Shown: piece after piece, positions 1 through 14,288 of the stretch
How the letters are laid out: the number at the start of each line of letters is the position of its first letter
How positions within the stretch are numbered: position 1 is the stretch's first letter
NCBI RefSeq assembly: GCF_009834535.1
Contig: NC_045707.1
Location: forward strand, 57,414,001 to 57,478,000
Direction of reading: 5' to 3'
Length of the DNA stretch: 64,000 nucleotides
From: Camelus ferus
Taxonomy: Eukaryota
Position numbers and translations under genes: made by a program
Notes under the pieces: model-generated
What the model was told of the DNA's origin: nothing
The model's input: the letters and a program-made list of their open reading frames with translations, nothing else
Databases searched by the model: none

Positions 1-102
1 CAAAATTCCCCCATTTATATCTCTCGCATCATTCCTGGAGGGGTGGCTGAAAGACATGGAGGCCTCAAGAGAGGAGACCAGCTGCTGTCAGTGAACGGAG
101 TG
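1..102 (+). CDS. LIN7A: LIN7A internal coding exon (PDZ domain), 5' part outside the window
   Basis: Frame 1 reads [34 protein letters not shown], the LIN7 PDZ core. It is followed by donor GTG|gtatgt at 103, phase 0. Confidence 0.97.
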
Positions 103-1748
103 GTATGTTCATAACATAACCAGAGGTTTTTCTCTCTAAGCACATTCTTTTATCTTCCCCCGCTGCCCTCACCAAAGTCAGTGTTGAAATCCTAAAACAA
201 ATCTTAATTTTGTGTCCAAATGGCTTCCTAAGCGTTGATGGATATTAAGCCTACAAAAGCAGTAACTTATACTTTTGATCTCTCACTTGGCCTGTTCAGG
301 GATTAAGTGTGACCTAGTGGGAAGATCATCCCAAAATATTATCCCAACTAGTAGAATTTCCCCCATGTAATACTCTAATTGAATTAATGTTTAGAAGAAT
401 GTAATTTTAAGTCACTTTTATTCAAACTGACTATAAGCAAATATGTACATTAAAAAAAAACTAAAACTCCTCACTGTATATATTTTTTATTTTCATTAGA
501 GAGGAAGGATAATTTTAATATGTGTTATAATAATAACACACAGGGAAAAGGCTAATGCTCAGATATTTCTTTAAGCCAGATATAGAGCTATAGTATAATA
601 AAAATATATTAGCCTCTCTCCAGAAGAAAGTTTGGTTATATTATCTATTCATCATATATATTTCAGTTTTCACATGAAGTTAAAATAACATTTTAACATA
701 CATTTCTTCATAACTTCATATTCTTTGCATGCCATTACCTCCACATACAGTGAGTTGCTAATGAAATGGCTTCGTATGAAATGAATAAGTTTTGCCCATA
801 ACTTCTACTTACATCAAAAATAAATCATCTAAAAGCATAAATTTCAGAAGTATAAATAGGAACATATTGAGCTTACTTTAATTTTCATCTAGGATCTTTT
901 TTCTTAGCTTAAGATTTAAAAAAATAAGCTAGATTTGGGCTTTTTGTGGCCATATTAATTTCTACTATGAAGGCAATAGCCAAAATAAATGCATTTGAAA
1001 TATGATTTTTTGTTGGTAACTATGGAGTAAATCCTTCTGTATTTGTATCTTGCATTTTGTTTGTTTCTTTCTTATCTTTTGCCTGACTGGTGATTTTATA
1101 GAACCCAAAATTATTCATTCAACTTTGCTGATCTCTGACGTACATCAAAATCATCAATCCATGAATATTTTATATACCTTCGGCATTCCCATGCTAAAAC
1201 TATCATTTCATCGATTTTTTTCTGTGCAACAATGCTTTGAGATGAGCTTTAGATAACTATGACTTTTTCAAAGCATATTTCAACTGATAATTTTGTAGTC
1301 AGATTTTATAGGAGTGGGCTCTGGAGCAGGCCATGCAATTATGTCACAAAGTAACCTGTGCCTCAGTGTATGAATTTACAGTGTCTCTGAGTATATTGGG
1401 TAGATCAAATGAGAGTATAGATTTTAAAACATGAAAAGAGAAAAAAACCTAAAAATATAGTAATAGTAATTGTCATATAAAGCAATGATAAATATGTATG
1501 AAATCAGTTTAATACGTAGTTGACTTTAAGCTATCTGTCAGGGGGCTCAAGAGCCTATGTTTATCAACCCAACATTTGCAAGGAACATAGCTGTTGGCAT
1601 TTCATAATTACTCATCCATTCCTTACAATGACCATGTCACTTTACCTGGGAAGCTGCAGAAGGGTATTGAACAGACATATTAGGCCCTAAATATCATTAT
1701 GATTATGGATTTAATATCCTCTAAACCTGAATTTCCTAATCTGAGTCC

Positions 1749-1913
1749 AGGGAGTAGTAGCTAATTTGAAGTGTTCTGATGAAGATTAAAATGAGGCAAA
1801 ATATTTGTTGACAATTGTCCTGTGATAATTTGATCTTACATACCTTTGATAGGTAAATATGGTTACTGAAGAAGGATGAAGAGGGTTAGCAGTCCTCCTG
1901 TGATATTTCTAAT
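1749..1913 (+). repeat. Local duplication 1, copy a
   Basis: About 165 bp, roughly 85-90% identical by eye to 4729-4891. Confidence 0.93.
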
Positions 1914-4728
1914 GCTAGTTATGTTAAAAGTAAGTCTTAAAGCAAATTCTGCTACACATATAGGCATATTTTAGCAAACATTATTAGCATAGAGGTATTA
2001 ACAGACTCATAACCCTCTTTCAGAAGTTTGATGACATCCTGGTTCTCTGTCCATTCAGCTGTTGACAGTCAGTACCTTGAAAAAAAGGTTTACTTGAGGC
2101 AGATAAAACAGCATTCCAGAGCCAGGACTTTGTTATCTTTATATTCAGCATTAGAAAACCAGAAATTCTACTAAACTGACAGTTGGAAATAAGGTTTAGT
2201 GATCAAACTTAGGCCACTAATCCTTTCGTGCAGGCTATGGGGTCTCCTTAAGATTTTTATAACCTGTTCATGCAAAGGTGGGGAATGTCTCCAAAATCTT
2301 TAGTTTCCTAAAGATTTAAAACCTTTAATTTTGTCAGTTAAGTTCCATCTGTCATGCTAGTTAATGACTTGCTAATTTTGCCAGTGAGAATCCATTTCTG
2401 ACATATTGTTGCTAGTAAACAAAGCATTGTTCATTGAAATGGGTATAACAAATGCTTTTGTAATGACCAACCTCTAGAGTGTTGCCTTTCTGATACAATT
2501 TTTGCTGGACCACCTAGACTGGTTTAAGCTCCTGAAGTTTAAAATATCAACACCTGTACAGTCAAACGATCCATTGTAAATTACCTATTTTAAAGTATTT
2601 AAAAGTAAGTCATATACATTTAACAGTGCCTAATAGTTATGAAGTATTCATCAAAAGTAGCTTTCCTTCTGTAAATGAGAAACTTTATGACCCAGTGGGT
2701 TTCCAGTAGTCACAGAAAGTAGTTAATCCAAGGTAAGAATGCTGGGGTTTGACTGCCAAATCCAAGACTCTTTTCAGTATGACTGACTCCAGGGAGATGG
2801 CACAGCACTTAATGGAAAAAAAAAAAAAATTACACTGTAATGGAAGGGCCAAAAAGAAAAAAAAATGTTAGCAAATGATCAAATTCACACTTTAAAATAA
2901 AGTAACATTTGGGGAAATTAATATGGAAGATTTTCAGAACATGCCATTCTAAAGCACATTTTGGAAGGAAGTGATTTGGAGGGCTGAAACAAACCTTAAC
3001 TACTTCAGTATAAGTACTCTGGGGAAGATTTCTTACTCTTCTACTTAAAAAATAAAAAAAATTATTGCATGGACCTTTAAACATCTGAAAAGTCACCTGA
3101 AAGGATGTCTTAATTATATATGTTTGTTTTTATTCCCTGCCTGTTTTTAGGAAGGATATGTCATGATGCCTGGTAAAAAGTAAAATATGGTAATACAGAA
3201 TTGTTAACATGGTATATTAGGCAATAAAGTGGGATGTAAAGGGAGAAAATCAATAACTAGAAATCAAGAAGAGATACAGCAGTTGAGCAAGTGATTTTTT
3301 TTTTTTCCATTAGCATCTTAGAAACCCAAACAGAAGGAAGCCCATACCAGCTCAGCTGTCATTGGGAGAGTGTTTTTTTCTCTATCCCTGAGCTCCAGGA
3401 GAAATTTCCCGTGGGATTTTTACAAATGAGACATTGAATCACCTCATACAATTTTATAGAAAATGCAGAGGCATTTTGCACATGGCTACTTCTAATGTCA
3501 ACTGTCAGTAAAAACTTAAGAGCTGAATGCTCAATTAAAATTTAACATTAACACAAGGTCAAAATGTAACAGTTAGAATTTATAGCTTTCGAATGATCTC
3601 CTTTTCACCTTTTATCTGTTTATCTGTATCTTTAAGTGTTTTATCAGCAATTTTGAGACAGAACTAAACACTGTTTATAAAGGTTGCAGCCAATGTGGAG
3701 CCAGCAGGGATAGTAAATACATTTAATGAGAGAGTCTGGATATTAAAAAAAAAAAAACTCCATAGAAGTGGTACAATAGCCTAATTCAATAAGAATCTAC
3801 ATGAAGTCCTGCTCATTCACCCAGAAAAGTAGCTACCAAGGTGCAAAATCAGGAAGGAATGGCTAAATATCAAAATCTGAAAGGAAAAAACCTGGAGGAT
3901 TTCAAGAGGAGTATGAAGCAGGTTGGGGAAAAGAAAGAAAAACACACAAAAAATGTTAATGTGGTTGTAGGAGCCATTAATACAAATATCCAAATATCGT
4001 GTACAGACACCAAAGGAGGAAGAGACTGGTCCAGCTCTTGAGTGTGATGTTCAGCTCACACCCCACTGTACTCTGATATGATCCTGGCTCCATCCTGGCA
4101 AAGAACAATAAGCTCGTCCAGAAACAAGCAGCCTTGTATAGGAAGAAGGAACTTGCCTTGTTTAGGACAGAGAATGACTCAGGGGAATGATGGCTGCCTT
4201 TAGTTGTCCTCCATTGTGAGGTACCAGATGCCAGAACCAAGACCAGTGGGTAAAGGCCACAGAGGAGGCAGATTACAGTTTATGGTAAGAAAGAGCCTTT
4301 AAATACATAGGGAAAGACTGAATCATAAGTCAGTATGTGCCCATCACTTGAAGTTTTAATCAGAGACCTATTTGCCCCACAGTCCATTCTAACTCTGTGA
4401 CTCTGTGTTTTCAGATGGGATTTTTCTGAGGCTCTTAAATACCCCTACACACACACACACTCCTTATACAAAAAAGTAGGCTCTGCCTACTCTCTGTACT
4501 CTACTGATGAGACATTTTTTCTTGAACAGAAGGATTAGATATCTACAACGTAATACTTTTATTTATTTACTATTTTATAGTTTATAAAAAATATTTACAT
4601 GAGATTCTCCCATTTGTTCCTCAGAAAAGTCTCATGAAATGGATAGGGCCACAGTTTGTTCTCTCTCTCCTCTTTCTCTCTCTCTCTCTTTCACACACTC
4701 ACACACACACACACAGAGAAATGAATAT

Positions 4729-4891
4729 AGGGAGCAGTAGCTAATTTAAAAGACTGATGAAGATTTAAATGAGGCAAAATATCTGTTGAGAATTATCCTG
4801 TGATAATTTGATCTTCCGCACCTTTGATAGGAAAGTGTGGTTACTGAAGAAGGCTGAAGAGGGTTAGCAGTCCACCTATGATGTTTCTAAT
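4729..4891 (+). repeat. Local duplication 1, copy b (embedded in CA-rich sequence)
   Basis: Direct repeat of 1749-1913, sharing tcctgtgataatttgatctt and tggttactgaagaagg. Confidence 0.93.
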
Positions 4892-5039
4892 ACAAATGTA
4901 CACACAGACCTACACCCAAATACACACACATGAACTGAATTTCAACCTTTATTGTGATCCTAACTGGTGCTTGCTAAATATAATAATTGGTTCTTTAAAA
5001 AGTCAATCCCAGGGAAATCCAAATAAGCTCCATAGATTG

Positions 5040-5196
5040 TGCCCATGTCAGTGCCCTGGTTTTAATATTATACAATAGTTTTACAAGATATTAATATTGG
5101 GAGAAGCTGGGTAAAGTGTGCAGAGGACTTCCTGTACATTTCTTTCCCTGCAACTTACTGTGACTCAATAATTATTTCCTAATAATTTTATAAAAG
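5040..5196 (+). mobile_element. Ancient L1 (L1MC-like) 3' end
   Basis: Contains ...aatattgggagaagctgggtaaagtgtgcagaggacttcctgtac...gcaacttactgtgactc. Confidence 0.65.
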
Positions 5197-5909
5197 GGAG
5201 AAAATCCAAAAGAATTCACCTGAAATATGCTCTCTGGTACTGATGGGAGAGAGGACAGGAGAGGAACAGGAAGGCAGAGGGCAGAAAGATAAAATCCAAG
5301 CACAAGAACTTTAAAAATATGTCACAGTGAAAAGAGACCTTCATTAGCTTCTGAAATCCAAGCATTGTTTTAGAGCATCATTGGTGGGAAAATTGCGGTT
5401 AAATTCACCCAGCTCTGTAGGTAATCCTGAATAAAGCTGTTGATACAGTGTATGCACAGTGCTAATTGATTTTTAAGCATAACAGATGAATGAGTAAAAG
5501 TTTAGGGATGAAACAGAATAAATTGTTTTCCTGGAATCTGGCTTTTTTCCCATTTTATAAATACCCATGCCAAATTAAGGGTGAGTACTCACAGCCAAAA
5601 TTATTTATGCAGAGAGGCTGTCAGGTGTGGAATGAGGATGAAACAAAAATTAGAACTCTCTGGATTTGAGCTCTGTGAAGCTACAGCATCCCAGATGGGA
5701 AATCTGTATTACATCTTATTTGTTACCTGAACAAAGAGAAAATATAAATAGATTTTTTAAATTACAATGAAATACACTATCAGATGTCTATGAAAATTTA
5801 AGCTCTACATTGAAATGCATGCCCCATTGACAGCAGTAATTTTTGATCATGGCCTTCTCTTCAGTCTTAGAACAGTCCCTACACATAGTCAAAGCTTCGT
5901 ATGTATTTG

Positions 5910-6065
5910 TTTAACTCCAGGCACCATCATAATGATATTTTGTAGTAGGTGCTCTTATGATCACTCTCATTTCACAAATGAGGAAACTGAGGAAGAGAGA
6001 GTTGGAGTAACTTGCCTAAGGTTATACAGCTACTGAATGAAAGAGCCTAACTGGGGCAGTCTGGC
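5910..6065 (-). mobile_element. MIR SINE
   Basis: Core catttcacaaatgaggaaactgagg...taacttgcctaaggt. Confidence 0.8.
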
Positions 6066-7483
6066 CTTACTCATTCTAATTTAAGGGTATACAGGTATCT
6101 TAGCCCTTAAAATATCAGTATTTTCCTATATGGTGTAGAAAAGACCGATGTTTCTTAGCATTTATGGGTTTACATAAGTGCGTTTTTGGTTGGGAGAGGG
6201 TCTGTTGTTTCCTTCAGTTTTTTATAAAGGTCTTTGACCTTTAAAAAGTTAAGAACCGTTCCTAAAGACAGTAACATTTTGAAAACAGAGGCATTGACTT
6301 GAATTCAAATGGCTCAGGGTACTGAGGGGGTGAGTGTTGTTTGATGGTGCCATTCCTGCCTAACATATCCCTCCACCTCGTGTCAGGCCTAGAAACCACA
6401 GGGCCAGAGCGTGGTGCGCGCCTGCCTGTTACAGCCCTTAGCCACCGCCTCTCCCGGGGTCCACTGCGGCTGTCAGAGGGGAGCTGTGCAGGCAGAAAGG
6501 CGGGGAAGGCAGGGCAGGGCCTCAGCCTGCGGGTCCCTCGCAGGCCTTGTATGAGCATCGTCAACTAACTTCTAGGCTGAGAGGCCTCAAGGAAAGCTAT
6601 TCTCAAATCCTCTCTCCACCTATGAGTCCTTACCAGATTCTCTACCTTTCTGGGTAGCTGAGTGGGAGACAGTTTGGGTTATAATTAAATAGGAGTGCAA
6701 GCTGGAACTTCAGTTAAGTGACGAAAATTTTTTGTTCTTTGAACAACATCACGTGACATCCCACTCACCATTGTGAGGCACCAAGAGAAGCACAATTATG
6801 TTGTTTTATCCCAGTCACCTTAGGCAAGGCGCAAACAAGGCAGCATAATCCAGGGTATTTTACAACACCGAACAGGTATGTTCTAGACCTCTTCATTCAG
6901 AATCGGCTCATGATCTGAGGTCTTCTCAGTCAAAAAGCAGAACAAGGGAATACTGCGCTGTCCCAATTGAACAGGTAACAATAGCTCACAGGCTAGAACT
7001 GCTGCATTCCCGCCCTCTGATTTCAGTCTACAGTAATGGGCACCGGTACGTTAGCCCTCAGACGTTACTGCACCAACTTGAGCTGAGGCTGTACTGATAA
7101 AATCCGCTGAAAATGTGTCAGTGCCAGAACACACTCACATTAGCAAGTGTTAAAGTACAAGTCCCTAGATGCTGGAAAATGTTCCCACGCATGGGGTCAG
7201 ACTGACCTAAATCTCTAGTAATTGCTAGTAATGGGTATTTGACTACCCAGTTATCTTCTGGTGCAGTCTTCTTCATGGTTATTTTAACCATTTGTTGCTT
7301 GTGTTTTTCTCATTTTGTGCTATTATTTTAGCTGTGTTTTTCATTCATTCAACAGCTATGTATAAAGCACTTATTATGTGACAGCTGCTAGGCTAAGATG
7401 GTGAGCAAAAGAGGAGTTGTAACCTTCCTGGAACTTTCTTCCTGGTAAAGAGTAAGAAATTAATGAGGATGATAATAAATAAA

Positions 7484-7808
7484 CAGGCATACCTCATTAT
7501 ATTGTGTTTTGCTTTATTGTGCTTTGTAGATATTGAGGGTTTTTTTTTTTAATTGAAGGTTTTTGGCAGCCTCTGCATTATCAGATGATGGTTAGCATTT
7601 TTTAGCAATAAAGTATTTTTTAATTAAGGTATACACATTGCTTTTTTAGACATAATTCTATTACACACTTAATAGATTACAGTGTAGTGTAGACATAACT
7701 TTTATATACACTAGGAAACCAAAAAATATGTGTGACTCACTGTATTGTGATGTTTGCTTCATTGTGGTGGTCTGGGACCAAACCTTCAGTATCTCTGAGG
7801 TATACCTG
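7484..7808 (+). mobile_element. Tigger1-derived non-autonomous DNA transposon (Tigger1a-type)
   Basis: TIRs caggcatacctc ... gaggtatacctg; clearly homologous to 52686-53173. Confidence 0.9.
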
Positions 7809-7929
7809 TCCACATATAAATGTACATGTAACTGGCATTGCCACCACCTATCCCGGCATGAAGGAAGTTCCCTCAGGGATTCACTTCAGTTCCACGCTGG
7901 TCAGAGTCATGAGATTTTTACTCCATGTG

Positions 7930-8345
7930 TGTATTAGTTTCTTGTGACTGCTGTAACAAATTCCTGCCTACTTGATGCCTTAAACAATAGAAATTTATTC
8001 TCTCACAGTGCTAGAGGCCAGAAGTCAGAAATTAGTTTGGATGACCCCAAACCAGTGTGTCAGCAAGGCTGTGCTCCCTACAGAGGCTCTAGGAATGAAT
8101 CCTCTTCTTGCTTCTTGCAGCTTCCTGTGTCTGTCGGCCACTCCTGATTGTGCCCTCAAATCTCTCATCTCCCTCTGCTTCTCTCTTACAGGGACACTTC
8201 TGATTGCACTTAGGACATTTAGGTGATGCAGGATCATCTCCTTATCTCATCTCAAGGACGTTGGCAAAGGTCCTTTTTCTTTATAAGGCAACATTTACAG
8301 GTTCCAGGGAATAAGACCTGATGTCTTTGAGGACCATCATTCTAA
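7930..8345 (-). mobile_element. MaLR MLT1 solo LTR
   Basis: tgtattagtttcttgtgactgctgtaacaaat...atttattctctcacagtgctagaggccagaagtc. Confidence 0.85.
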
Positions 8346-10474
8346 ATTCAGAGGGCTCATAAATTTCCAGGGCAATGGAAGGGGATCAGATGCCCACAGG
8401 CCATGAGCACAATGGTTTTCCACTCTCAGGACAGCATGTACTGAGTATTGTCCACCGTACTGCTGGTGCTGACAATGTAAGTTCCTTTTTCCCCTCCCAC
8501 TTTGGGTACTTTTCTCCTCTACTTCTGCCTAGACAGTCAGTGAAGCTTCTCATCCTTTTCTTCCTTCCCTCGGCCCCAATCTTATCTAGTCTTTGAATAA
8601 TGGGGAGAAAAAATGCAACCATCTCCTTCTGCCTTACAGCCAAAGGCTTTGAGCTATATTCTTTTTTTGCTCCCTGGGTGTAAACTGAAGGAAGTAGGGG
8701 CAGGGGGGAATACAAAAAAACCCCACAGATTTATACTTCAAAATATAACACTGCTTCATAATTAAATACTGTGACAAGTGTTAAAGGGGAAAAAGGAAAT
8801 GGAAACAAGATGCTGTGTAAAAGAATAAGAGGGGCTACTTTTAACAGTTAGGGTTGGACTCTCTGAAGGGTGACATTTAAGCAGAGACTGAGGGCAAGGA
8901 AGAGTCAGTCATCCTCAGAAGAACCTGTGTGAAGGTATCCAGACAAGAAAGTCCACGACCTATCATGTAGGAGTGTCTGAAAAAAGCAGAGGGACCAGGG
9001 CATGGAGAGGTGGACAAGAGGAGCTGGTTGGCAGCCAGATGGGGCAGGTTCTTAAAGGTGCAGCTGAAAAGATTATTTTATTTTATTTTATTTTATCGTG
9101 CAATAGGATTCTTGATGTCCGTCAATTCTGAAGTCTGGTGATATGCTAAGAATTACCGATACCTACTATGACTAGTCACTACAAAGTGAAGTATATTGTA
9201 CTTTGTCTCTGTTTTAGTGTGGTAGTATTATTTTTTTGTGTATTGAGGTTTTCTTTTTGTACCCTTAAACCACTTATCTAAGATCCGGCATCTGATAACA
9301 ATTTTAGAAGTCTTTTTCTGTCTTTTTATTGCTACTTTTAATGGAAATTAGAAAACTTATACATTATTGTCAGTTGATATTTTCAGTATTTCAAATAAGT
9401 CATTAAGTTTCAAGTTCTTAGAGCGTCTAAGGAGTTGAAGGATAGTTCAGCCATAATATGATCATTTACAATCTGGGGACTCTTTCATCGCCTGTAAGAC
9501 AGAGATGACACTTTTCACATGGCTGATCTGAAGAAAGAGTATGTGAAAGTATCTGCCACTGGTGACAGATCTCTTTTGAAAACCCAATAACTGCTAATTA
9601 TTATTAGCTATTAATTATTCACTATTAATGTAATTTTTTTTCCTTAGGGCAGGTTAACAGTCTCCTTCCTTTCTTACAATTTTGCCTGCATGTAGATTTA
9701 AGCTTTCAGTTCAGATGAAGTCGTTTCCTCTGCTCTCTATTTATTTTCAAGAGAAAATAAAAGTCCCTCATTAAATATAATTCCGGAGGTGGCTGGATCT
9801 CACTCATGTGCTAGCTGATTACTCACAAGTCATTGGATTTTTTTGTGTCCTTACATCTGCAAAACTGATGTGACACCACCTGTTCTATCTACCTTTCCTA
9901 ATGAAGGTAAAAAAGAGAATTGATAAATACAGCAGAGGCAAAAGTAAGACTTTACCTTTTCACAAAAATACAGCATTATTGCTGTATTTTATTACTGAAC
10001 AGCCTTTTCATTAAACCCCCAGATGGATGTCTTCAAATTTCTTATTACAACCAAGTCTTCATTTATAAAAGCAGGAAATGTAAATAGAGTAAGGATCCTT
10101 CTTCTGTTGGCTGAGGAATAAGTGATTCATCTCAAAGGAATACAGTGTTTGTCTTCAAATTCTGTTCTCGGTCATATTCTGGCATCATTTACACTTTGTG
10201 GAACTCACCAAACCCAATTACCAGTTATTGTTTTAACCATTAGTGGAGAAGCCTAACAGCTATGCTGTATAATTCAATTTAAGCCCAACTTGCTTGAGAA
10301 GGAACATTCCTCTAACTTACTAAATGTCGGTCTAGAGACTGCTGGTACCAGCCTTAAGCACAGTTGGAGTGTTGCTAATATTTCCCAGCTCCACAGGTAT
10401 ACCTAATGAAATGCAAACCAAGTTAAGTCTCAGAATTGGTTTCCTATAATGGATTTTGAAGTTGTCTTGTTCTT

Positions 10475-10729
10475 TTTTAAATTTGTAAATTTTTAAAATT
10501 ATAGTTGATTTACAATGTTCTGTTAGTTTCAGGTATACAGCAAAGTGATTCATATATAAATATTCTTTTCTAGATTCTTTTCCATTACAAATTATTATAA
10601 GATATCAAATACAGTTCCCTGTGCTATACAACTCTTATTTATCTATTGTATATACAGTAGTTTGTATCTGTTAATCCCAGACTCCTAATTTATCCCTCCC
10701 CTATCTTTTTCCCTTTGGTAACCATAAGT
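10475..10729 (-). mobile_element. Cetartiodactyl L1 3' end, 5'-truncated
   Basis: atagttgatttacaatgttctgttagtttcaggtatacagcaaagtgattc...; TSD ttgtcttgttctt at 10462-10474 and 10730-10742. Confidence 0.9.
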
Positions 10730-11829
10730 TTGTCTTGTTCTTGATTACGTACTTAAAGAAAGAAGACATTGATTCATATGGGAATCAAATAACACTTGAT
10801 GATCTACATGTGATTACTGGGAGGTTCATGTAAGATGCCCAAACTTTAACTGAAATGTTAATTCCTGAGCCTCAGATACGGGAAATTCAGTGAGAGAGTC
10901 TTGGCAGTTGTGGTGCCTGAACCACACCCTTCTAAGTTTAGCCATTGGCTTTGGCCAGTTTTAATGAAGTTATAAGTGTATCATATTGAGCCATAGGCCT
11001 TCCCTCCTTGGTTTGCTCTCTTTTCTCTCATAGATACAGAATCATTAGTTGGTCATTTTATCACTGCTGATTTTACTTTGAAACGTAAATTGTATTATAG
11101 CCCTTCCATGTCACTTAAGCACTTCTCAGGAGAAGTCATGTTTCTATTCATAGATGTGCCTGTTATCACCAGCGACTATGCAAATATAGCATAACTTAGG
11201 AATGTAACTTTGAATATGAAGCAAAGCATGAGACTTTACATCCTGGAGTTAAAGTCTACATAGGTTGCAATTATGTTTTTGATGGACCGTGAATTTAAAT
11301 CTGTGCAAGGCTGGTATGTACAAGATTTGACCTAGCATCATCCTGAGCTTATCACCCAGCACCTGCATCTCAACTCAAATTGTTCATTCTGAACTCATCA
11401 CTACATATGCAGTAGTCAGTACATGTTCAGAAATCTAGTAAAATGTGACACTGGAAAATTTGAGGATTCTAGACAGTCTCTAAATTTCTACCTCTAGAAA
11501 GCCAAAGGAGCACAATGTTGTAGTAGATTTGGTTTTATAAGGGCTCGTCTTGAAGTAGGAGTGATAAATTTGACTACAGTGGGTCCAAGAGATTATATAA
11601 GTGAATGGAGATGACCAAGTACCAATCTAGAGAGGAAGTGCCCCATCACAGTTCTAGCCAGTTATTACCATTGGGTAATCCTGACAGTATTGGCAGATAG
11701 TTCAGTATTTAACCAAAACCAAAACAAACAAACAAACAAACAAAAACAACCAAAAAGCACCTTCTGGCTTTGAGGAGGAGATGATATAGAAGTAAAATCT
11801 TAAAAGGTTAAATAGTAGTTATCTATGAA

Positions 11830-12470
11830 AACGTCAGAGTGAGTAGGTCGATGGAGGGTTACTCCAGGCAGAAACGATAACATGCACAAACATATAGGAA
11901 ACAGCATGATGTGTGGAGCTAGAGTAAGGCAAAGTCTGGTGGGATTGGGTTTGGAGGGATGGTCAGGGTCCGTGTCATAGCGTGCCCCATAAGCCATGAA
12001 AAGGATCTTGGACTTACCATTTGAAGGTGGTAGGAAATGGCCAACATAATATGGTCTTATTTGCATTTGGATATAAGTTGTTCTTGTAACTGCTAGCATG
12101 TCGGAGTGGGAGTGTGTGGAAAACTTGAGAGAAAACGGGAGGTGAGGAGATAAACTTGGAAACTTTCAGGAGTTTTGGAGAGAGATGATGAAGGTTCTAC
12201 CTGAGAGAAAAGAATTAGGATGGAGAGAGAGGAAGAGATTTGAAAACTGTTTTAGAGGTGGTGCTACTATTAGCAAGACCTGATGGTTGACTGGATGTGA
12301 GAGATAGAGGAGAGGGAATTACCAAGGACGTCTCAAGTTTCTGGATAGATCCTGCATCCTGTTGATACAGGAGAGATGATGTTTCAGGCAGGAAAGTGAG
12401 GAGCCCAGTACTCCGCAAATTGTGGTGTCTGTGGGTTATCCATGTAAAGTGTACAAAATAGAACAAGTTC
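11830..12470 (-). mobile_element. L2 LINE fragment
   Basis: Degenerate L2 motifs such as ggagagatgatg and caagacctgatggttgactggatgtg. Confidence 0.6.
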
Positions 12471-12622
12471 ATCTGGTTTTGGAGAAAGGCAGAGGTTTTA
12501 GGCAGGGGGTAATTTTAAATGAATTTACTGAGCTGTAGCAAATTGACAGCACTTTAAAGAAGAAAACTTTATTAAAAGAAAAATCCTACCATGTACATTT
12601 TTCAGTAAATTAATGTTTTAAC

Positions 12623-12821
12623 CAGAGTTCTTCAGCCTTAGAACAGTTGATATTTTGAACTGGATAATTCTTTGTTAGAGAGGCTGTTCCATTCATTGTA
12701 GGGTGTTCAGCGGCATCCCTGGCCAGTCACACTCCCCACTCCAGTGGTAACCACTAAAAATGTCTCCAGACGTTGCCAGCTGTCCTCTAAGGGGTGAAAT
12801 CATGCCTGGTTCAGAACCATT
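12623..12821 (+). mobile_element. MER20 (hAT-Charlie)
   Basis: ggataattctttgt...ttcagcggcatccctggcc...aaaaatgtctccagacgttgcca. Confidence 0.85.
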
Positions 12822-13234
12822 ATCTTAAACTGGAGACTTGTCCAATTTCATGGAGACTGATACAAACCAAGTATTAGCTGCACCATTAAAATCTAAATTG
12901 CATACATTTTACTCTGTATGGTGTATGCGAGTAGAATGGACTTCTACCAAATCATAGCATGCAGGGAATTCTACAGATGTGGCCAATTCTTGAAGAGACT
13001 TTATCCAAGGCTTGTCTCTGAATCAAGAACCTTTGAGGAGGAACCCTGCAGTTGACCCTAAATACCATAAATAACAAAGGCAAAGAGATTGACAGCTCAC
13101 CATTATTGATCCTGTCTCTACAGGCAAACAGTATGTTAAGAATATCACTTTAAAGACTTCAATCAGTCGGCCAAAAAAAGAATGATTAACCATGTGCCAT
13201 GTGCTTGGCACTGGGAAAGAGACCATTTAAACAC

Positions 13235-13323
13235 ATCATAGATCATACCCGAAAGGAGCTTACTTATAATCTAATTCTCCTAGAAATAGCAGGTTAAGTT
13301 TTTCATAAATAGAGATGACTGCA
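13235..13323 (+). repeat. Local duplication 2, donor segment B
   Basis: Matches 15719-15810 (aaaggagcttactta...tttttcataaatagagatgactgca). Confidence 0.92.
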
Positions 13324-14288
13324 ATTCCTCATAATAGGTCTTAGCTTTAGCTTTGGGTGATTTGTAGAAATTCTGTGTCGATAGGTCATAAGGTTTCGCC
13401 ACTTTTCTCTGCAGCCTAAGTCTAGAAGGCACAGTATGTATTCGTCTACTCAGTAAAGTCTGAAAGTGAGGTCTACAGGGAACCTGAGTTTTACTGTGGG
13501 TCTGGCGTGAGGCTGGCCGCAAGGCTGGCAGGGGGACAGCTGCTAATCATGAAATTCTCTTTTATTTTTGTGTCCATGATCTGTTTGAACTTTTAAAAGT
13601 TTATATTAAATGATCATCATTATGTTACTGTTCATTCTAACACAATGTAAAAAGCCACTTTAAATACTGCCGACCAGGCTGTACCAACTTGCAGCTAATT
13701 ACCACAGGAACCTGCTGTATGCACCATTTCACATGGATCCTATTTTGTTGGATGAAACTGGCAGGAGGGAGAATGCAAAACTGTCTGATGCTAGTTATCA
13801 GACCACACATCATTTTATGGTATCAACATTTATAGGTATAAAAATACGATTTCCTCTAGTTGCATTGAATATAATTTTGCACATTGAGTGTTCCACAAAG
13901 AAGTCCAATTACTTTAACCTGCTTGGCCTCTAATAAATTTATTTAATTTTAAAGAAGGTCATCAAGAGTTTAATTATGTGCAATTTTTAGTGCGCATGTT
14001 TGATTACTCTGTGACTAAAACAAGTCAAATATAGTCATTAAAATTCTCTGATGCACTTTCAGTTACTTATAGGAATGTGGGGACTTGAGTCAAACTTTCA
14101 GCTTTAACTCTCTTGTTTGTGTTGCCGTGCCTAGATCAAACCATGATTATCTGCTCAGCTATTCCACCAAACCCTAAGTTTGAGAGATATCAAATAGGGC
14201 AATATGCGGACAAAATGTACGTAAATGCCCTGTATCTGGAGCATATATGTGGCCAAAGAAGGTTATATAATGTTGCCTGGACATAGTC

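Noticed and set aside
6262..6568. Overlapping ORFs in the GC-rich intronic patch
   Set aside because: Low stop-codon frequency in GC-rich DNA explains them; no recognisable domain.
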